Shown: one piece after another, positions 21,627 to 34,234 of the stretch
Layout of the letters: every line of letters starts with the position of its first letter
Numbering within the stretch: the first letter of the stretch is position 1
Assembly (NCBI GenBank): GCA_040285855.1
Contig: JAUFOQ010000013.1
Location: 744,001-808,000, forward strand
DNA: 64,000 nucleotides
Direction of reading: 5' to 3'
Source: Eukaryota sp. GEM-RC1
Taxonomy: Eukaryota
Translations under genes and position numbers: made by a program
Notes under the pieces: model-generated
What the model was told of the DNA's origin: nothing
Database searches by the model: none
What the model saw: the letters and a program-made list of their open reading frames with translations, nothing else

Positions 21627-23519
21627 CCTTGGAGTCTTTCCATTTGGGACAGAGTTCTAGGTAGAGGGAGGCGAGACCGACATTAGTCAAAAGAGCTTTG
21701 ATGATGGTTCTTTCGTCCAGCATCGTGTAGGAAGGTTCCGAGGGGGGATTTAATCAGTGTACTGCGGTTAAGCACTTTATCAAATCGTTTGATGAAGTCG
21801 AGCCATCTTTGTTCATAATCTTGGATCGACCAGTTCATCTGAACGTCGTTTAGTTTGTTTCTTGCGGTCAAAATGTCTTTAAACTGGGTTCTTAAGATGA
21901 TCTGTCGGAAGAGTTTATCACTGGAAGTCGTTGCTGTGTTCATCTGTTGTTGAACCGGATAAGCAACAAGTCGAGAGACCCAGTGGGTGTCGGCTTCCTT
22001 GGCAGCAACCCTTCCAATGTCGAAGAAGTATTTGGGATCTCCGAGTGGTGAGGATGCTTTTAGTGTATAGTCCTTCTGGGCGGTACAGAAGCTCATGTAC
22101 TCAGCAATCCAATCCAGGATTACGTCCACGTCATCCAGACTGTGAAGTGATTTCGGTTTCATCAACTTGTTCAAGTCACTGGAGGAGTCATTGGGTAACC
22201 GTTCAGCCAATTTCAGTACTGAGTACGGTGTGATTACGTCAGTGTTAGGACTGTTGGAGCTGGATTGAGTTGGAGTAACCGGTTCAGGTGAGACTGATAG
22301 AGCTCCAACTCTAGTAGCAGTGTGATCCTCTTCCAGCATGTGGTCATGTGGAAGTTCGTTGGGATGCGAGGTAATCGGTGCGTGGGGCTTTCTTGCAAAA
22401 ACAAATCCGCCGGGCACATAAGGAGTGTTGGCTACCAAGGGAGGAACAGTGTCCGCGGGGTTGCTATTAACCGTGGGTTTTCTGTGGAAGAAGCTATTAA
22501 AGGTGGTGTATCGTTCGAGGTTCTCTACCTGTTTTTCGATCGCCTGTACTTGATCTTTAGGAAGCGGGTTCCTCAGAAGGTTAAAAGCCTGTTCTGCTGA
22601 AACGAGGGAGTTTGGACGAGTTTTGTCCATTATAAAGCCTAACAATCTGTCGTTATTGTCATGAATATACGAGACCTCAGGGTCGAGGGAGATTTATCCA
22701 TTAGATTTGCGTTGCCAATACCTTTTTAGTGTTCTGGCTGGTTTAAGTAGATACTGGTCTGTCTCTACAAAACCGCATGACTCAGCATTGTTTACTGATT
22801 GTCTTTGAAAGTGACTCCATTGATCTTTATCAATAGAACCAAACATGTTCACATCGGCATTCCATAGCTCTCTCCAGGGACTCTTAGCGTGTTGAGGTGG
22901 AGGTGCTCGTGGATCTTTAGACGGCATTACGAAACCTAACGGTGTAGGGAGTAATTTCGGAATGAAGGGTTCTGGTGTCCTAATAGGAGGTGTAGATCTC
23001 TGTACTATTGGGATAGGCGGGGGAGTTACCGAAGGTCGATAAGTCCATCCAATAGATGGATTTGATTCAGAAGCGGGTGTTCTGTTGGAGGATGGTTGCT
23101 CGTTTTCATCAATATTGGAGGATGGTTCCTCGTTTACATTAACATTGGAGGATGGTTCCTCGTTTTCATCAATATTGGAGGATGGTTCCTCGTTTATGGT
23201 TATATTGGGGGATGGATCTTCATTTGGGTTTTCGATAGAGAATGGTTTCTCATTCGAAGTTCCATTAGAAGAAGGTTCTTCATCCGAAACAATGTCATAG
23301 TCAACAGTGTCATCCCAGGGGAGTCCATCTGGACCAAGTTCCTTCACAGTGGAAGACTTGGAAGAAGCCAGGACGGAACTGGAATCTTCACCTAGGACGG
23401 AACTAGGGTTTTGTTTAAAGTCCAGGTCGGAACTGGACTGTGGATTATCACCTAGGTCGGAACTAGGGTTTGGATTAGTTTTGTTTCCAGGAGTGAAGTT
23501 CTCCGGAGTACATACACAT
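21424..23519 (-). CDS. Gypsy gag region with low-complexity N-terminus; frameshifted
   Basis: ORFs 22694-23347, 21683-22645 and 21424-21723. The frame of the first is open up into the LTR, and the nearest ATGs (23519, 23513) are out of frame by one base. 30-bp repeats encode EEPSSNIDEN (~23085-23290). Confidence 0.6.
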
Positions 23520-23536
23520 TGTAACTCTTTGCAGAG

Positions 23537-23587
23537 GAAAAGTGAATTTATTATACAAATAGGTCCTGATGAGTCATGACACTAACA
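23537..23587 (-). repeat. 5' LTR (only 51 bp shared with the 3' LTR)
   Basis: TGTTAGTGTCATGACTCATCAGGACCTATTTGTATAATAAATTCACTTTTC is identical at both ends. Confidence 0.85.
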
Positions 23588-23699
23588 GGAACTTTTCAAA
23601 AAGTCCCAACCATCCCAACATTTTTACAAATGAGGTAAAGATATGATTATGATTATCAACCATCATACTGTACATGAGACGATCCTTTGATGGCAATGT

Positions 23700-23946
23700 T
23701 AGAGGTGTGCTTGTTTACGATCCTTTAATTACTTGGAAGAAAGATACTGAAGAGCAGACTGGTGTAATTGCTCAGAATGATACAGCTGTTGGTGCTATTG
23801 ATCGAGTAAATGCGAAGCTTTCTGGTAGGGATTTTGATTCGAGTAGAAAGCTGAATGTGCCAGAACAAGTAGAGTTGCTCTTTAGAGAACCTATGGATGT
23901 CGAGAACTTATGTGAATTGTATATTGGCGCGTTGACAACCTGTTGA
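23700..23946 (+). pseudogene. Fragment of a TOR-like PIKK C-terminus (kinase end plus FATC)
   Basis: VYDPLITW...AIDRVNAKLSGRDF...LNVPEQVELL...ENLCELYIG. Lacks the terminal W..FW and all upstream sequence. Confidence 0.75.
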
Positions 23947-24804
23947 CATACTATTTATATTGTTAGATCTCAAATGTATTTGTGTACATAAATATTCTAG
24001 TAATGACATTTTGTCAGTTAGTGTAATGGTGGTTTATCAAAATGCTTGTGGAGGTCAGTTTATTATTTTTATCATACTCGTGTGTTCAAAGACTGTGTCA
24101 TACAATCGTAACCTAGTGATTTGACCAAACAATTCTTAACAGTACTCTTGAACCACAACAATTTCTAAAAAAAAAAGAAATGATTACGAACTAATCCTTC
24201 AGTTTGTCATTACGTACTGGTATGAACACAAAGCAAAATGAAATTGATCACTGATTCAAAAGTATTTGTGAAAACAATCGTTTATAGATGAAAGGAACAA
24301 ACAGAAATTTCAAAAAGCTATGAAACACTAGACACAGATAATTCCTGATCAAACAGTACCACAGTTTTTATACAACTTTGTGAAAATTGATTTAAAAAAC
24401 TTAGGCATCGAACGGAACAAAGAAAAAAATCAAACGGTTATGCCAAATTGATAAGTTAAATCTCTTATTCTCATACTTACCTTACACATAAATCCTGAAT
24501 CAGTTAACAACTTAGAGCCATTTCACCAATACTACCGAAAATAGAAATAGCAAATGGAACAAAAACAAATATCGATTGCCAATTTTGATTGAGTTTAGCA
24601 ATATCTTTGATTAGTTGATTATTAATGAGTGGTGTCTTTCTTTCTCAATCAGTGTGAACCGACCATGAGTCTAATCTGCATTGATTGATCCCTTTTGTTC
24701 TCAAGATAACAACACCAATATTGTATGAACATTTATTGAACTCATAAAACACTTTACAAGAACTTTATATTAGTAACTTACCCACAAATACAATGTAATG
24801 AACT

Positions 24805-27159
24805 TTATTCAACGATTTCAAGTAATTGATCACTATGAAATAAGTGAGCATACAGATAATAATTACCGCTACTTAATCTGGGAAGAGTTCCAACAAGATT
24901 AATTGACGAATTACGCACGGATTTGATTGTCAAAGTGTGATTAATTAGATTTACATTGATTTCGACTAATTCACCAGGATTCCATTTGGTCTTGTTTCCT
25001 GAGAGACAACCGGAACCACCACCATGGCTGTAAATACAGTGAGCACTTGCATAACAACTAGAAACAAGAAACTCTGACTCGTCAACAACTCCAACCACAA
25101 GAACACCAGTATTCCCCTGGTACCTCAACTTCCAAGTATAGTCATTACCTGGAAGAAGTGGGTCTTCTCCCAAGATACTTCTGTACCCATTACCACTTCC
25201 GTGAACAACTCTTTTTGATCCCCACTAACTTGTAACTCAGAATGTTTCCTAGTTTGAGAGAATCTAATCATTGTTGATTGAGATACCAGTTGAGTTTCTG
25301 TAGCTGTCTTTTTTAGTTGTTCAATTTCCTGTTGTAGTTTAGTAATTTCATTAGACATTGTAGTAGTTAAATTCTGAATATCAGAAATCTGCATGGATAA
25401 ATCAGAAATTGATTTCTTTAAACGAGAGTTTTCTTCGACAATCTCTGAGTGCTTCTGTTTTGTAGAATCTAACTCATTTCTGACAGAATTAAAGGCCAAT
25501 TCAGATACCTTTGATTTCAATTCCAACTCTAATTCGGAGTTATTATTCTGTAAATTTTGGGAAAACTCTTGAAATTCGCCTTTCAAATTCAAATTTTCAA
25601 GTCGTTGTTCTTCAGAAATTTGTATTAATTTTGGAACAATTACAAGTGAGTTAAAGTCCAAAAAAATCGTCTCAATTCTTTTCTGATTTCAAAGGAGCTA
25701 ATACTTGTACCAGTTGGTTAATTGGAGTAGAATTAAAATCAAAAGAATAGAAACAATTTTCAAATTCATCAACATTCCAATTAGAATTCTTGTAAGAACT
25801 AACTAAATTTGAAGTAAACCACAAAACATGTGAAGAAAGAACATTTGAGGATAATTGACACAAGGTTTTTGGAGAACAAACAAGTTCTGGTAAACTCTCA
25901 ATTGGAGTGGACTGTAAGAACGTGGGAAACAAACTGGAAAGAACTGTCATTGTTTTAGAATCTTGAAGTAGATCTGAGGTTTTTACCAAGAAAAAGAACC
26001 ATTTACATGGTAATTTAGTGGTTTTATCAGACTTCAAGAGCTCTAAACTCCAATCGTAGAGGGTTTGTGTACACTTTGAATTATCAAATAAGTCAGTCAA
26101 AATTTCAAATATTTGATCCAATGAAATATCATTAGAAAAGTTTCTCAAAATTGAAATAAGTTCTTCATTTGCAGAGGATTCTGAGTTATAAGAAAACACT
26201 GTACATTTCAAAAAATAAAGATTATTGAAAACCTCCAGTTTCAACAGATTGACAATAAAACTGAGTGGTAATCTAATTGGAGTTGAATCGGTGGTAATAG
26301 AAACTGAACTGAGGATATATTTGAACTCATTGACAAAGTAAAAGTCATTTGTGTCACCAGCTTTTTTGATTAGATTGATGAAGTTATCAATTAACAATGA
26401 ACAATTGGATAGGAAATCAAAACAGAAGCTCTGCAGACACTCAACTTGAAAATATACAGCGAGATGGAAAAATTCAAAAATGTTATTCACATTAAGATCC
26501 ATACTCTGGCAATAGAAGAATGCAAGGAACGACTCAAAAAGTTCAACGGAAAAACCAAACTTTTGAGTAAAATCGTAGTCATCGTCATTGTCCTCAGCCA
26601 ATGGTCCAATAATTCTATTCTCAAAGAACTTAGACCAACAACAGAGCAACATTGAGTGAACCATAATCTTAGTACCTTTGAACTTAATGATGACGTCAGC
26701 AGTTCTGCTCTCCTTCAACTTATAGACAATATCGGAAGGGTTCAGCTTGAAGATAAAGTCAGTCCCCAAACCACTGACGAGGCAAGACTGACAGACTGTG
26801 GATAAGGCGGGGTAGTTGAGTTGAGAAGCGATGATGATGATGGGAGTGATGTTTGAGGTGTTGATTGTGAGAGGTTTGCCATAGAAGGACTGAAGAACTG
26901 ACTCGACCAAAGAGTCATTGATAGTGGGGATTTTGGGGATTTCGTAAACAGCACCGCCTCTACTACGACTGTGTAACGAATCAAGGAAGGAGCTGTGAAG
27001 GGAGACGATCGCTCTATGGACAGGGAATTCTTGACCATCATAGGTGATAACGACGTCTGTTAAAGAGTACGATTCACGGAACTGATCCAGTTTTTGACAC
27101 AGAACCGTTGGAGTTGGGAGGTTGTCCATGACCAAAACTGTTTTGGTATGAGGATTCAT
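24805..27159 (-). CDS. Tandem BTB - coiled coil - SPRY/B30.2-like protein; two 1-nt indels
   Basis: ORF 25672-27159 has two BTB domains, ORF 25125-25661 a coiled coil, and ORF 24805-25173 YTWKL..VGV...GELVEINVNL...LT...YYLY (SPRY-like). They join via A-run indels at ~25680 and ~25213. Confidence 0.75.
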
Positions 27160-27561
27160 TTCTGATGTTGTCTCACTATTTCAACAATTTGTCAATTGTG
27201 ATACATCTCCAAAAATAGTCATTCTGTGACTCTTGTTCTCTTGTTGTGCTTTGATCTAGCCTATTTGATGTCGAACTAAAGTCCACAGCTATAACGGAAG
27301 AAGAATCTTCTGTTCTTCCCTATCGTCTGTATGGGTTGGTCTTTCACTCATAACTTGTTCTTAATACATTAGACAGATCACGAGCGTGTTCTTCCTCTAT
27401 TGTCTGATACAAGGAAACCTTCTCTGGCGATGACATCATCATCAGCATTCATGGGGGTTCACAACTCCAAATACATCCTTCGATTTTCATGCGATTAAAC
27501 AACTAATCTAATAATTAATCACTTACATCAACGACCCTTTCACAAGGGTTGTTCTTTCGCA

Positions 27562-28659
27562 TTACAACTCTAACTCTTTGGGAGCTCCACCAGGTCGGTT
27601 GTAATGAAGGAAAAGTTGTTTTTCCAACGATCCTGCTGTGAGACCAAAGCGATGCTCACTAATTGTTCTACGCATTGCAGAGAACAATCTCACGCACTCG
27701 TGAGAAGTGCCGGAAATGAAAGAGAGATTGATATAGTAGTGTCTAACTTTCTTGCTAATAGATATCAAGTTCTTTACATTTGCTATCAAATTAATGAATT
27801 TATTCATAATATCTGGTTGCAATATCAACTATAAATACATTTTTGATACTTTAGTTAATGTCTGTTAGTTATTAACTTCTGCAAATGCATTAATTTCACT
27901 GATTGTAGAGCTGTCAACGGCTTGCGCCATATGATTTGGCTTTGGCTTGAGCCATTTGAGTAAGCCAAGCAAAATTTGGATATGACTTGGCTCAAGTCGT
28001 TCGGCTTGCGGCATGAGCCGAACCGTTTGACAGCTCTAACTGATTGATCATAAACCCCTTTTTTTAATACATGTAAAAATATAAACAAAATTGATCTTCT
28101 TCATCATCATCAAGTTCTATTTTTACAAGACTTCATTTCTTGTAAAACTTGTTCAGACTCCATTTTCATCCAGGGTCTCAAGCTCAATAAAGCTCTCAAG
28201 GACTAAGTGGAGAGCATATTTCGACTTTGGCAAAGTAACAAAAGCACGAGGTTTTGTGTCATCTACTATTGTTATTGTTGATGTCTTGGCGAGAGGGCAT
28301 TACAAAGAAGGCAAGATTGGGATATTACTGAAAGAAGATGAATTAGAGTTCATGCAATCTACACTGAGGTACATCACAAAAAACAAATTGATTCATGTAA
28401 TTAGTAGTTTATACACAATCGTATTTTTTAACTATTGTAATGACTGTTGGTCAATGGCATACCGATACTTGCAAAATTGATACATACATCTACTGTTGGT
28501 AAATGTTGCAATAAATAATTGGAGTTGTATACGGGCTGAAGAGCTGAGCCCAGTGAATTGTCAAGTCGCCCGGGCTTAAGCCACAAACTCTCAAGCCCAG
28601 TTCAATTGTACTGCAGCCCGCCAGGCTGGGCGGCTGGGGCTGAAATTGGTGCAACACTA
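27562..28659 (-). mobile_element. Degenerate hAT element with nested insertions
   Basis: Dimerisation-domain remnant S..C.RLFS...S..R..L....LE..LFL..N (27562-27828). Terminus TAGTGTTGCACC (minus strand, at 28659) with GGGCT/AGCCC subterminal repeats at 28530-28645. That the two parts belong together is inferred. Confidence 0.55.
27906..28038. mobile_element. 133-bp hAT-type MITE
   Basis: TIR TAGAGCTGTCAA / TTGACAGCTCTA. Perfect 8-bp TSD ACTGATTG (27898-27905, 28039-28046). GGCT/AGCC internal motifs. Empty paralogous site at 36739-36746. Confidence 0.95.
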
Positions 28660-28739
28660 GGACTTACACATGGCATGAGTTTGATCTCTGATAGCATCAT
28701 GAATGCAAGTTTAACAAGTAATGAAACGATTACAACTCA

Positions 28740-31700
28740 AAAGGAAAAAACCGGATTTATGTACGGAGAACAACACACAACAAGAAAACAACAACTAAAT
28801 AAAGACTATTAAACCAAATTATCAAACGAACTACCTAATTCCGAAACAACTTGGGCAAAATGGAATCAACATATCTATACATAGACCTCAAAATCGAAAA
28901 AACAAATTTTCTCTTCCAGTACGATCTGTTAAACTTCTTGCCAAATTCTGAACACAAATTTTTAAATAAATATAAAAACTCCTTGGTAGAAGAACCGAAA
29001 TTTTCGTACAAAGAAACTGCAAAAGTCTGAAAGACGATATTATTGTGTCTTCGTGAATTCAATACAGCAACGTGATGTGCGTACTCAGGGTCTTTCAGCG
29101 GAACCAAGGGCTAAAAAAATCACCAAGTTTCTGAGTAGAATCAGGGTGATCTGAAAGACGAGAAAGTGACGGTTCAACTTTGCCATGGGAACCATTCGCC
29201 TTAAACATTTCCAAATATGTATCTCGAAGACTGTTGTGCAAAATTGAACGATAATATATGAACTTTGAACAATTGACGAAATGATGAAAGCCAGCCTCAT
29301 GACAGTTTTTGCAGATACACCATGCCGTTCTGTAACAAACCAAATGGCCAAAAACCTAAACAAAGTCTCATGTTAACAAGCCATTCATGATCTTTTATAT
29401 TCAACATATATTTCCCTGGCAATTGAGTAAGGAAAGTAGAGGCTGAGTCATTACTCTTGTCTTGAAAAAATGCACAGAAAGCGGGACTTTTTACTTTAGC
29501 CAAGCTAATACAGTTAGTACAGTCCAAGCTCCCATGAAAAGATACAAATTTCTTCTGAAATTATCTAACACCAAGAAAACGGGAATATAGCGTACGTTGA
29601 GGTGTAACAGTCATAGATGCATGGAACAAGGATTTCCAAACATCAGGGTTTATATCATTTACAAGATTTTGAAGTGATATAAGCCAGTGACAAGGTGAAT
29701 ATCGAATGAGATCTTCATTAGACCAAAGTAAGGGATAACGTAACTTAAATTCATACAGCAGATTCTTCAAACATCCTAAAAAGGCACATTGTTAATGCCA
29801 CGTGTTAACACGTCCTTCTTAGCTATAGTTTTACCTTTTTACATCAAGCTTACTTTAGTCTCATAAACAAGGTACCACCCTTTATTTTATTGACTACAGG
29901 CATCAACATTCACGCATATAACGAGCTTTGGAAAACTACATTCCAACCAATTTCACAGCAGCAATGAATGACGATTGATAGAAAGCTTATTCGATTCTAC
30001 CAGCTCTGACAAAAACTCTGTTCTCAAAGAGTTAAAACAACGAGAAAGGCCTACCGTAAGCTCAAAAGGTAACCCACGTATAAAATGATTGACTTTACCT
30101 GCAACACAAACTTGCAAAGTGGCAAAGGATACTTGTTTACCTACGTTCAAGTCTAACACATTTCTCAAGTTTTGATCAAAAGAATCAATCTTCTTCTCCA
30201 GCATACTCACAATTTGAGAGGAATTACCAATAAAGTTTCCAAGAAACTGAATACAATCAGATGAATAATTAACAAAGGGAATAGCAACACCTTCATATAA
30301 AAGAGTGTCAACCACACGACCAATAGCAACACACTTGTTCAAGTTGATTGTCAAACCAATTTGACCAGAACGATCAACGAATCGTGCAAAACTTGGTTTC
30401 AAAATATGCATTTTGCCAACCGAAGAAGTATCATCAGCGTACGAATAAATCATTATACCTGGAAACTCACTATGGAAAACTTGTAACACTTTCACACTGT
30501 CTGCAAAGGTAAACAAAATAGAAAAGGGCCAAGAGGATCACATTGCTTCACACCACGAGACGATTTCAAACAAAATTCGTTGAAAATCAAATCAGTAGAA
30601 GCTTCAAAATATGGTACAAGTTCAGGAAAGTGTTCCACCAGTTGATCATAAATTGCAGATCTAAAAACACAATTACAAGCATTCTTGTATTCAACGTTTA
30701 ACACATAATTATCAACATCATCATTCAAAAATAGATCAGTTGTTAGACAAGCACAATTAGTGACATCCACAATTCCAATTGCATATTGAAATGGTCCAAA
30801 GAATTCAATCGCCTTCGATTTGATTCTACCAAAACAGATCGATGCCAACAATCTTGAAATACATTCACTAATAGCGATTGGCCTAACGCGACCACCTGGC
30901 TTATCTAAAGCAACTAACCGACTAGTCTTTAAATCATCAGGACATCTTGCTGGATGCAACAATACAAGATTGAACAACAGCTAAATCATCAGCAATTTCA
31001 GGGCCATGATTGACACATAACTTTAAATGGTCGTAGCTAAGACCAAGGACCATCTGCTTTTCCAGATCTTGATTTATGAATAGCAACTAAAACTTCCTCA
31101 GAGCATATAGGTGAATCAATCCAATAATTGGAAGTATTACTTGAAAAGTATAAAGGTTCTTCAAGAGGATGCAACAGTTCAAGTTTGTGAACAGTATCAA
31201 TACTGTTCTCAGCAATGGAGGTTCCATCAAAAACAGATAAAGCTGAAGAGAACTGGCCCCTAAAGACAAGAGATCTGAAGAGACTATGTTTAGTTTATCC
31301 GAATTCGATGACGAGGAAGCAGACTTGTATCTGACTTTTGTTGCTCGGGAAAGAAAGTAATTCCAAAGAGGAGAGGGATTCCACGAACCCTTACGTAAAG
31401 GATAAGTGATTACTCTCACAGCAGAAACTAAAGAAGAATCCGTAGAAGAATGCATGGATAGAGGAATTGGCAAAGGAGGACGAACATGGTCAAAAGGAGT
31501 ACAAGACACGCAACAGAGCAGAGGACTGCCAGCAGAGTTTTTCTCCAGAACATTAGACCGACAAAGGAGACATATAGGAGCAGAGTCAGCAGACGTAAGT
31601 AAGGAGGGAGAATCAGCAGAAGTAGCATCAAAAAGCGGAACGTCGGAAGCACTCATGTGACATAGACAAAGAAAGAGCTCTACCATCCATGTTTTTTCGA
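28740..31700 (-). mobile_element. CRE-like non-LTR retrotransposon (RT plus RLE), degenerate
   Basis: RLVALDK...VRPIA, GVKQCDPLGPFLFCL, YADD, C..C...H...C zinc motif, LGD and FAVSLY across the frameshifted ORFs 30492-30977, 29953-30516, 29095-29343 and 28835-29107. Ends approximate. Confidence 0.85.
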
Positions 31701-32119
31701 GAAGGGCAGTTACGCTAATTGTGACATGTTTACGAGCAAACACTGCACTTTCTAGGTAAACGACGGAAGCCTGCCTTTTTAGGAGGAGGCTTGGCAGGTT
31801 TTGATACAATTGAAATCGTGGGACAGAAAAAAAAGGTGAGTAAAAGTACATACATGTAACTACTGTACATTTACCACATTTATAACGAAGATCATTAAGT
31901 AAATTAGAGGGCCACAAGAAACATCGAAGTCTGAATGTTGTAGTCCATTGATGATCAATCAACAACAAACCATAAATCAGAGAAATTTGGTTGATCAAAG
32001 CAACTGAAGAACTGTCCTTCAAATGGATTAATAAATTTGTGAACGCTGGATTTTTTTCTTTACCCGAGCCAAGTCGAATTTTAAAATTCAGATATTCAAA
32101 ATGTTTTAAAAGGATAGCC

Positions 32120-32280
32120 AAACTTTATTTGTTACCCAATAAGTTAAATTTCCTACAAAACTATGAAATTGTCCAAACAAACAAATAATACTAAGATTAA
32201 ATCCAACCGACTTCATCACCACCCGGTAAATGATCACGTTTTTTAACGTCAATCTTCACACCACACTTGTACAATTTTGC
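32120..32280 (-). mobile_element. Non-LTR 3' end (same family as 7290-7970)
   Basis: Reverse complement of ~7810-7970, including the stop-codon region and 3' UTR. Confidence 0.8.
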
Positions 32281-32286
32281 AAAATG

Positions 32287-33276
32287 CAGCCACTCCCTGA
32301 AAAAAAATACAAAAAAAACAGAAAATACAGAAATACAGAAACATACAAAATAACTCGACCTAAGACAACTTTCGCAAAAGTCATAGTGAGAACTTTTTTT
32401 AAAGTAACAGTGACTAAAATTATATGGGTTTCACACCCAAACTAAACATAACAAAACATCGAAAATATCCGAACAAATATCAGGGAAGCCATTATTTAGT
32501 TTGCCGTCTTTTCTGAGCAGCTGTCTTTCCAAAAAACTTTTTCAATCATTCCAAAGGTTGAGATTCCCCAAAAACATCAAGAGAAGTGGGTTATTGTTCA
32601 TCATCTGACGAGTTTGTGACAACAATATACAATACATTACAATACTACTGTACTTGCAATTTATCTTCCAAGGTTGAGATTCCCCAAAAACATCAAGAGA
32701 AGTGGGTTATTGTTCATCATCAGACGAGTTTGTGACAACAATATACAATACATTACAATACTACTGTACTTGCAATTTATCTTCCACAAAAACACGGTTG
32801 CATATGATACCTTCATTGTCATCATCAAAAACTGCTTCGTTTTCGAAAAGAAGTACATCAACACGAGATCTTTGACCATCTTATATGTGCATACTCATAC
32901 CTCCATTGGTAGTTAAAAAAGTGAAACACTAGTGTTACCTGTTTTGTAAAGTTGATACAAATTAAACTACAGGTCTACAGATCTATCCAATGCTACGTGT
33001 GAAAGACATTTCGGCCTTATTGACTCTTAATGGTCAAGATAAGATCAATTGTTGTCTAGTATGTTTCAAAATTACGACCAACACGTAGAAATAGAGACAA
33101 TTGAACAGTACATCTTCATGCAAAAATTGTTTTAGTTCCATTTTATCCATAAAAATACAGAAAATACAGTATTAATTCCGCATAAAATACAAAAAAATAC
33201 AGTATTTTTCGAGCCTGAGAAAATATAAAAATATATAAAAAATACAGTACATGTATTTGTATTTTCCAAGTGTGCA
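32287..33276. mobile_element. Probable non-autonomous TIR element with AATACA subterminal repeats
   Basis: AAATACA clusters at both ends (32300-32350, 33150-33265). Imperfect inverted ends CACT..GAAAA..TACA / TGTATTTTCCAAGTG. No TSD identified. Confidence 0.45.
32555..32786. repeat. 116-bp tandem duplication
   Basis: 32555-32670 and 32671-32786 are nearly identical, with TTCCA microhomology at the junctions. Confidence 0.9.
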
Positions 33277-33277
33277 T

Positions 33278-34234
33278 ATCGTCGAGGTCCTAATACAAGC
33301 AAGGTTCCAATGCAAGCAGGTCCTAATACAAGCATAGTAGATGGTATGCTTGTATTGTTTCCCTAATAAACTCTAATGTTTCTTCAAAAAGCTCAGAACA
33401 TTGATATAAAAGATCAGTGGACCACATTGAAATTTTTATTGATTTCACCTACCGGTACAAGTACTGGTGCTACATTAAACTCTTATAATTTTGCACAACT
33501 CGTTCGCGTCAATTAAATGTGTCACTTTGTGTCAGATAACTTGTTGTACATTGTACATGTTTCTATTAACATACACGTGACCAAAATAATATAACATTTT
33601 CGTCTATAAAACTAATGTTGAACGAACTTTGTTACTCTTTGTTGTTTTCTGCTCTTGACTCAATTTGTTACACTAGTACATCTCGTATTTTGTCGAATAC
33701 AGTCGTTGTTGAAGAAACAATGACTTTACAAACAAATCGTATACAGGACATCCTCAGAAATCAAATCTCTTTGATGGTTTCAAGAGTATGTGTTTCACAA
33801 TTTATTACTGTAACTAGATTCAAGTGTGTTATTACAGAGTTGACTATGGTGAATATTTGCAGAAGTAAGAAGAATTCCTGAGGGACCAGTTTGTTGCCGA
33901 AGAATTATTAGAGATCAAAGAAATGATGGAAATAATCTCAATTGGCAGCACAATAACAGATGCTTTTTGTAAAGACACTTGAATGATCAAGAAATTGATG
34001 ACGGAGACATACTTTTGTTCACCTTTTGTTTAGAATTAGACGATCAAGATGGACTATGATATTGAATGACAGAAAACGGTTTGAAATTCTATGTTAGTCC
34101 ACTTATCGTGATCAATAGTTGTTCAGTAAAAAATGAGTTTTAAGGGACCTTAATACAAGCAGGTTCCAATACAAGCATAGTAAGGGGTATGCTTGTATAG
34201 TATTTAAGGTTGCTTGTATTGGAACCTCGACGAT
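33278..34234. mobile_element. TIR DNA transposon remnant with AATACAAGCA subterminal repeats
   Basis: ATCGTCGAGGTCCTAATACAAGCAA at the left end versus TTGCTTGTATTGGAACCTCGACGAT at the right end. Confidence 0.75.

Larger units (their letters stand above)
17326..23587 (-). mobile_element. Ty3/Gypsy LTR retrotransposon with C-terminal chromodomain-like integrase; frameshifted
   Basis: Domain order gag (CSFCDSPDHKINLC knuckle), protease (LWDSGAS), RT (YIDD), RNase H (DAS...TDH.NL), integrase (GH...CPAC; D..D..E), chromo-like (IIEILDQR...VVWFDG..TEEP). TG...CA termini, 4-bp TSD GGAA (17322-17325 / 23588-23591), PPT GAGAAAGGAGAAGAAG. Confidence 0.92.
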
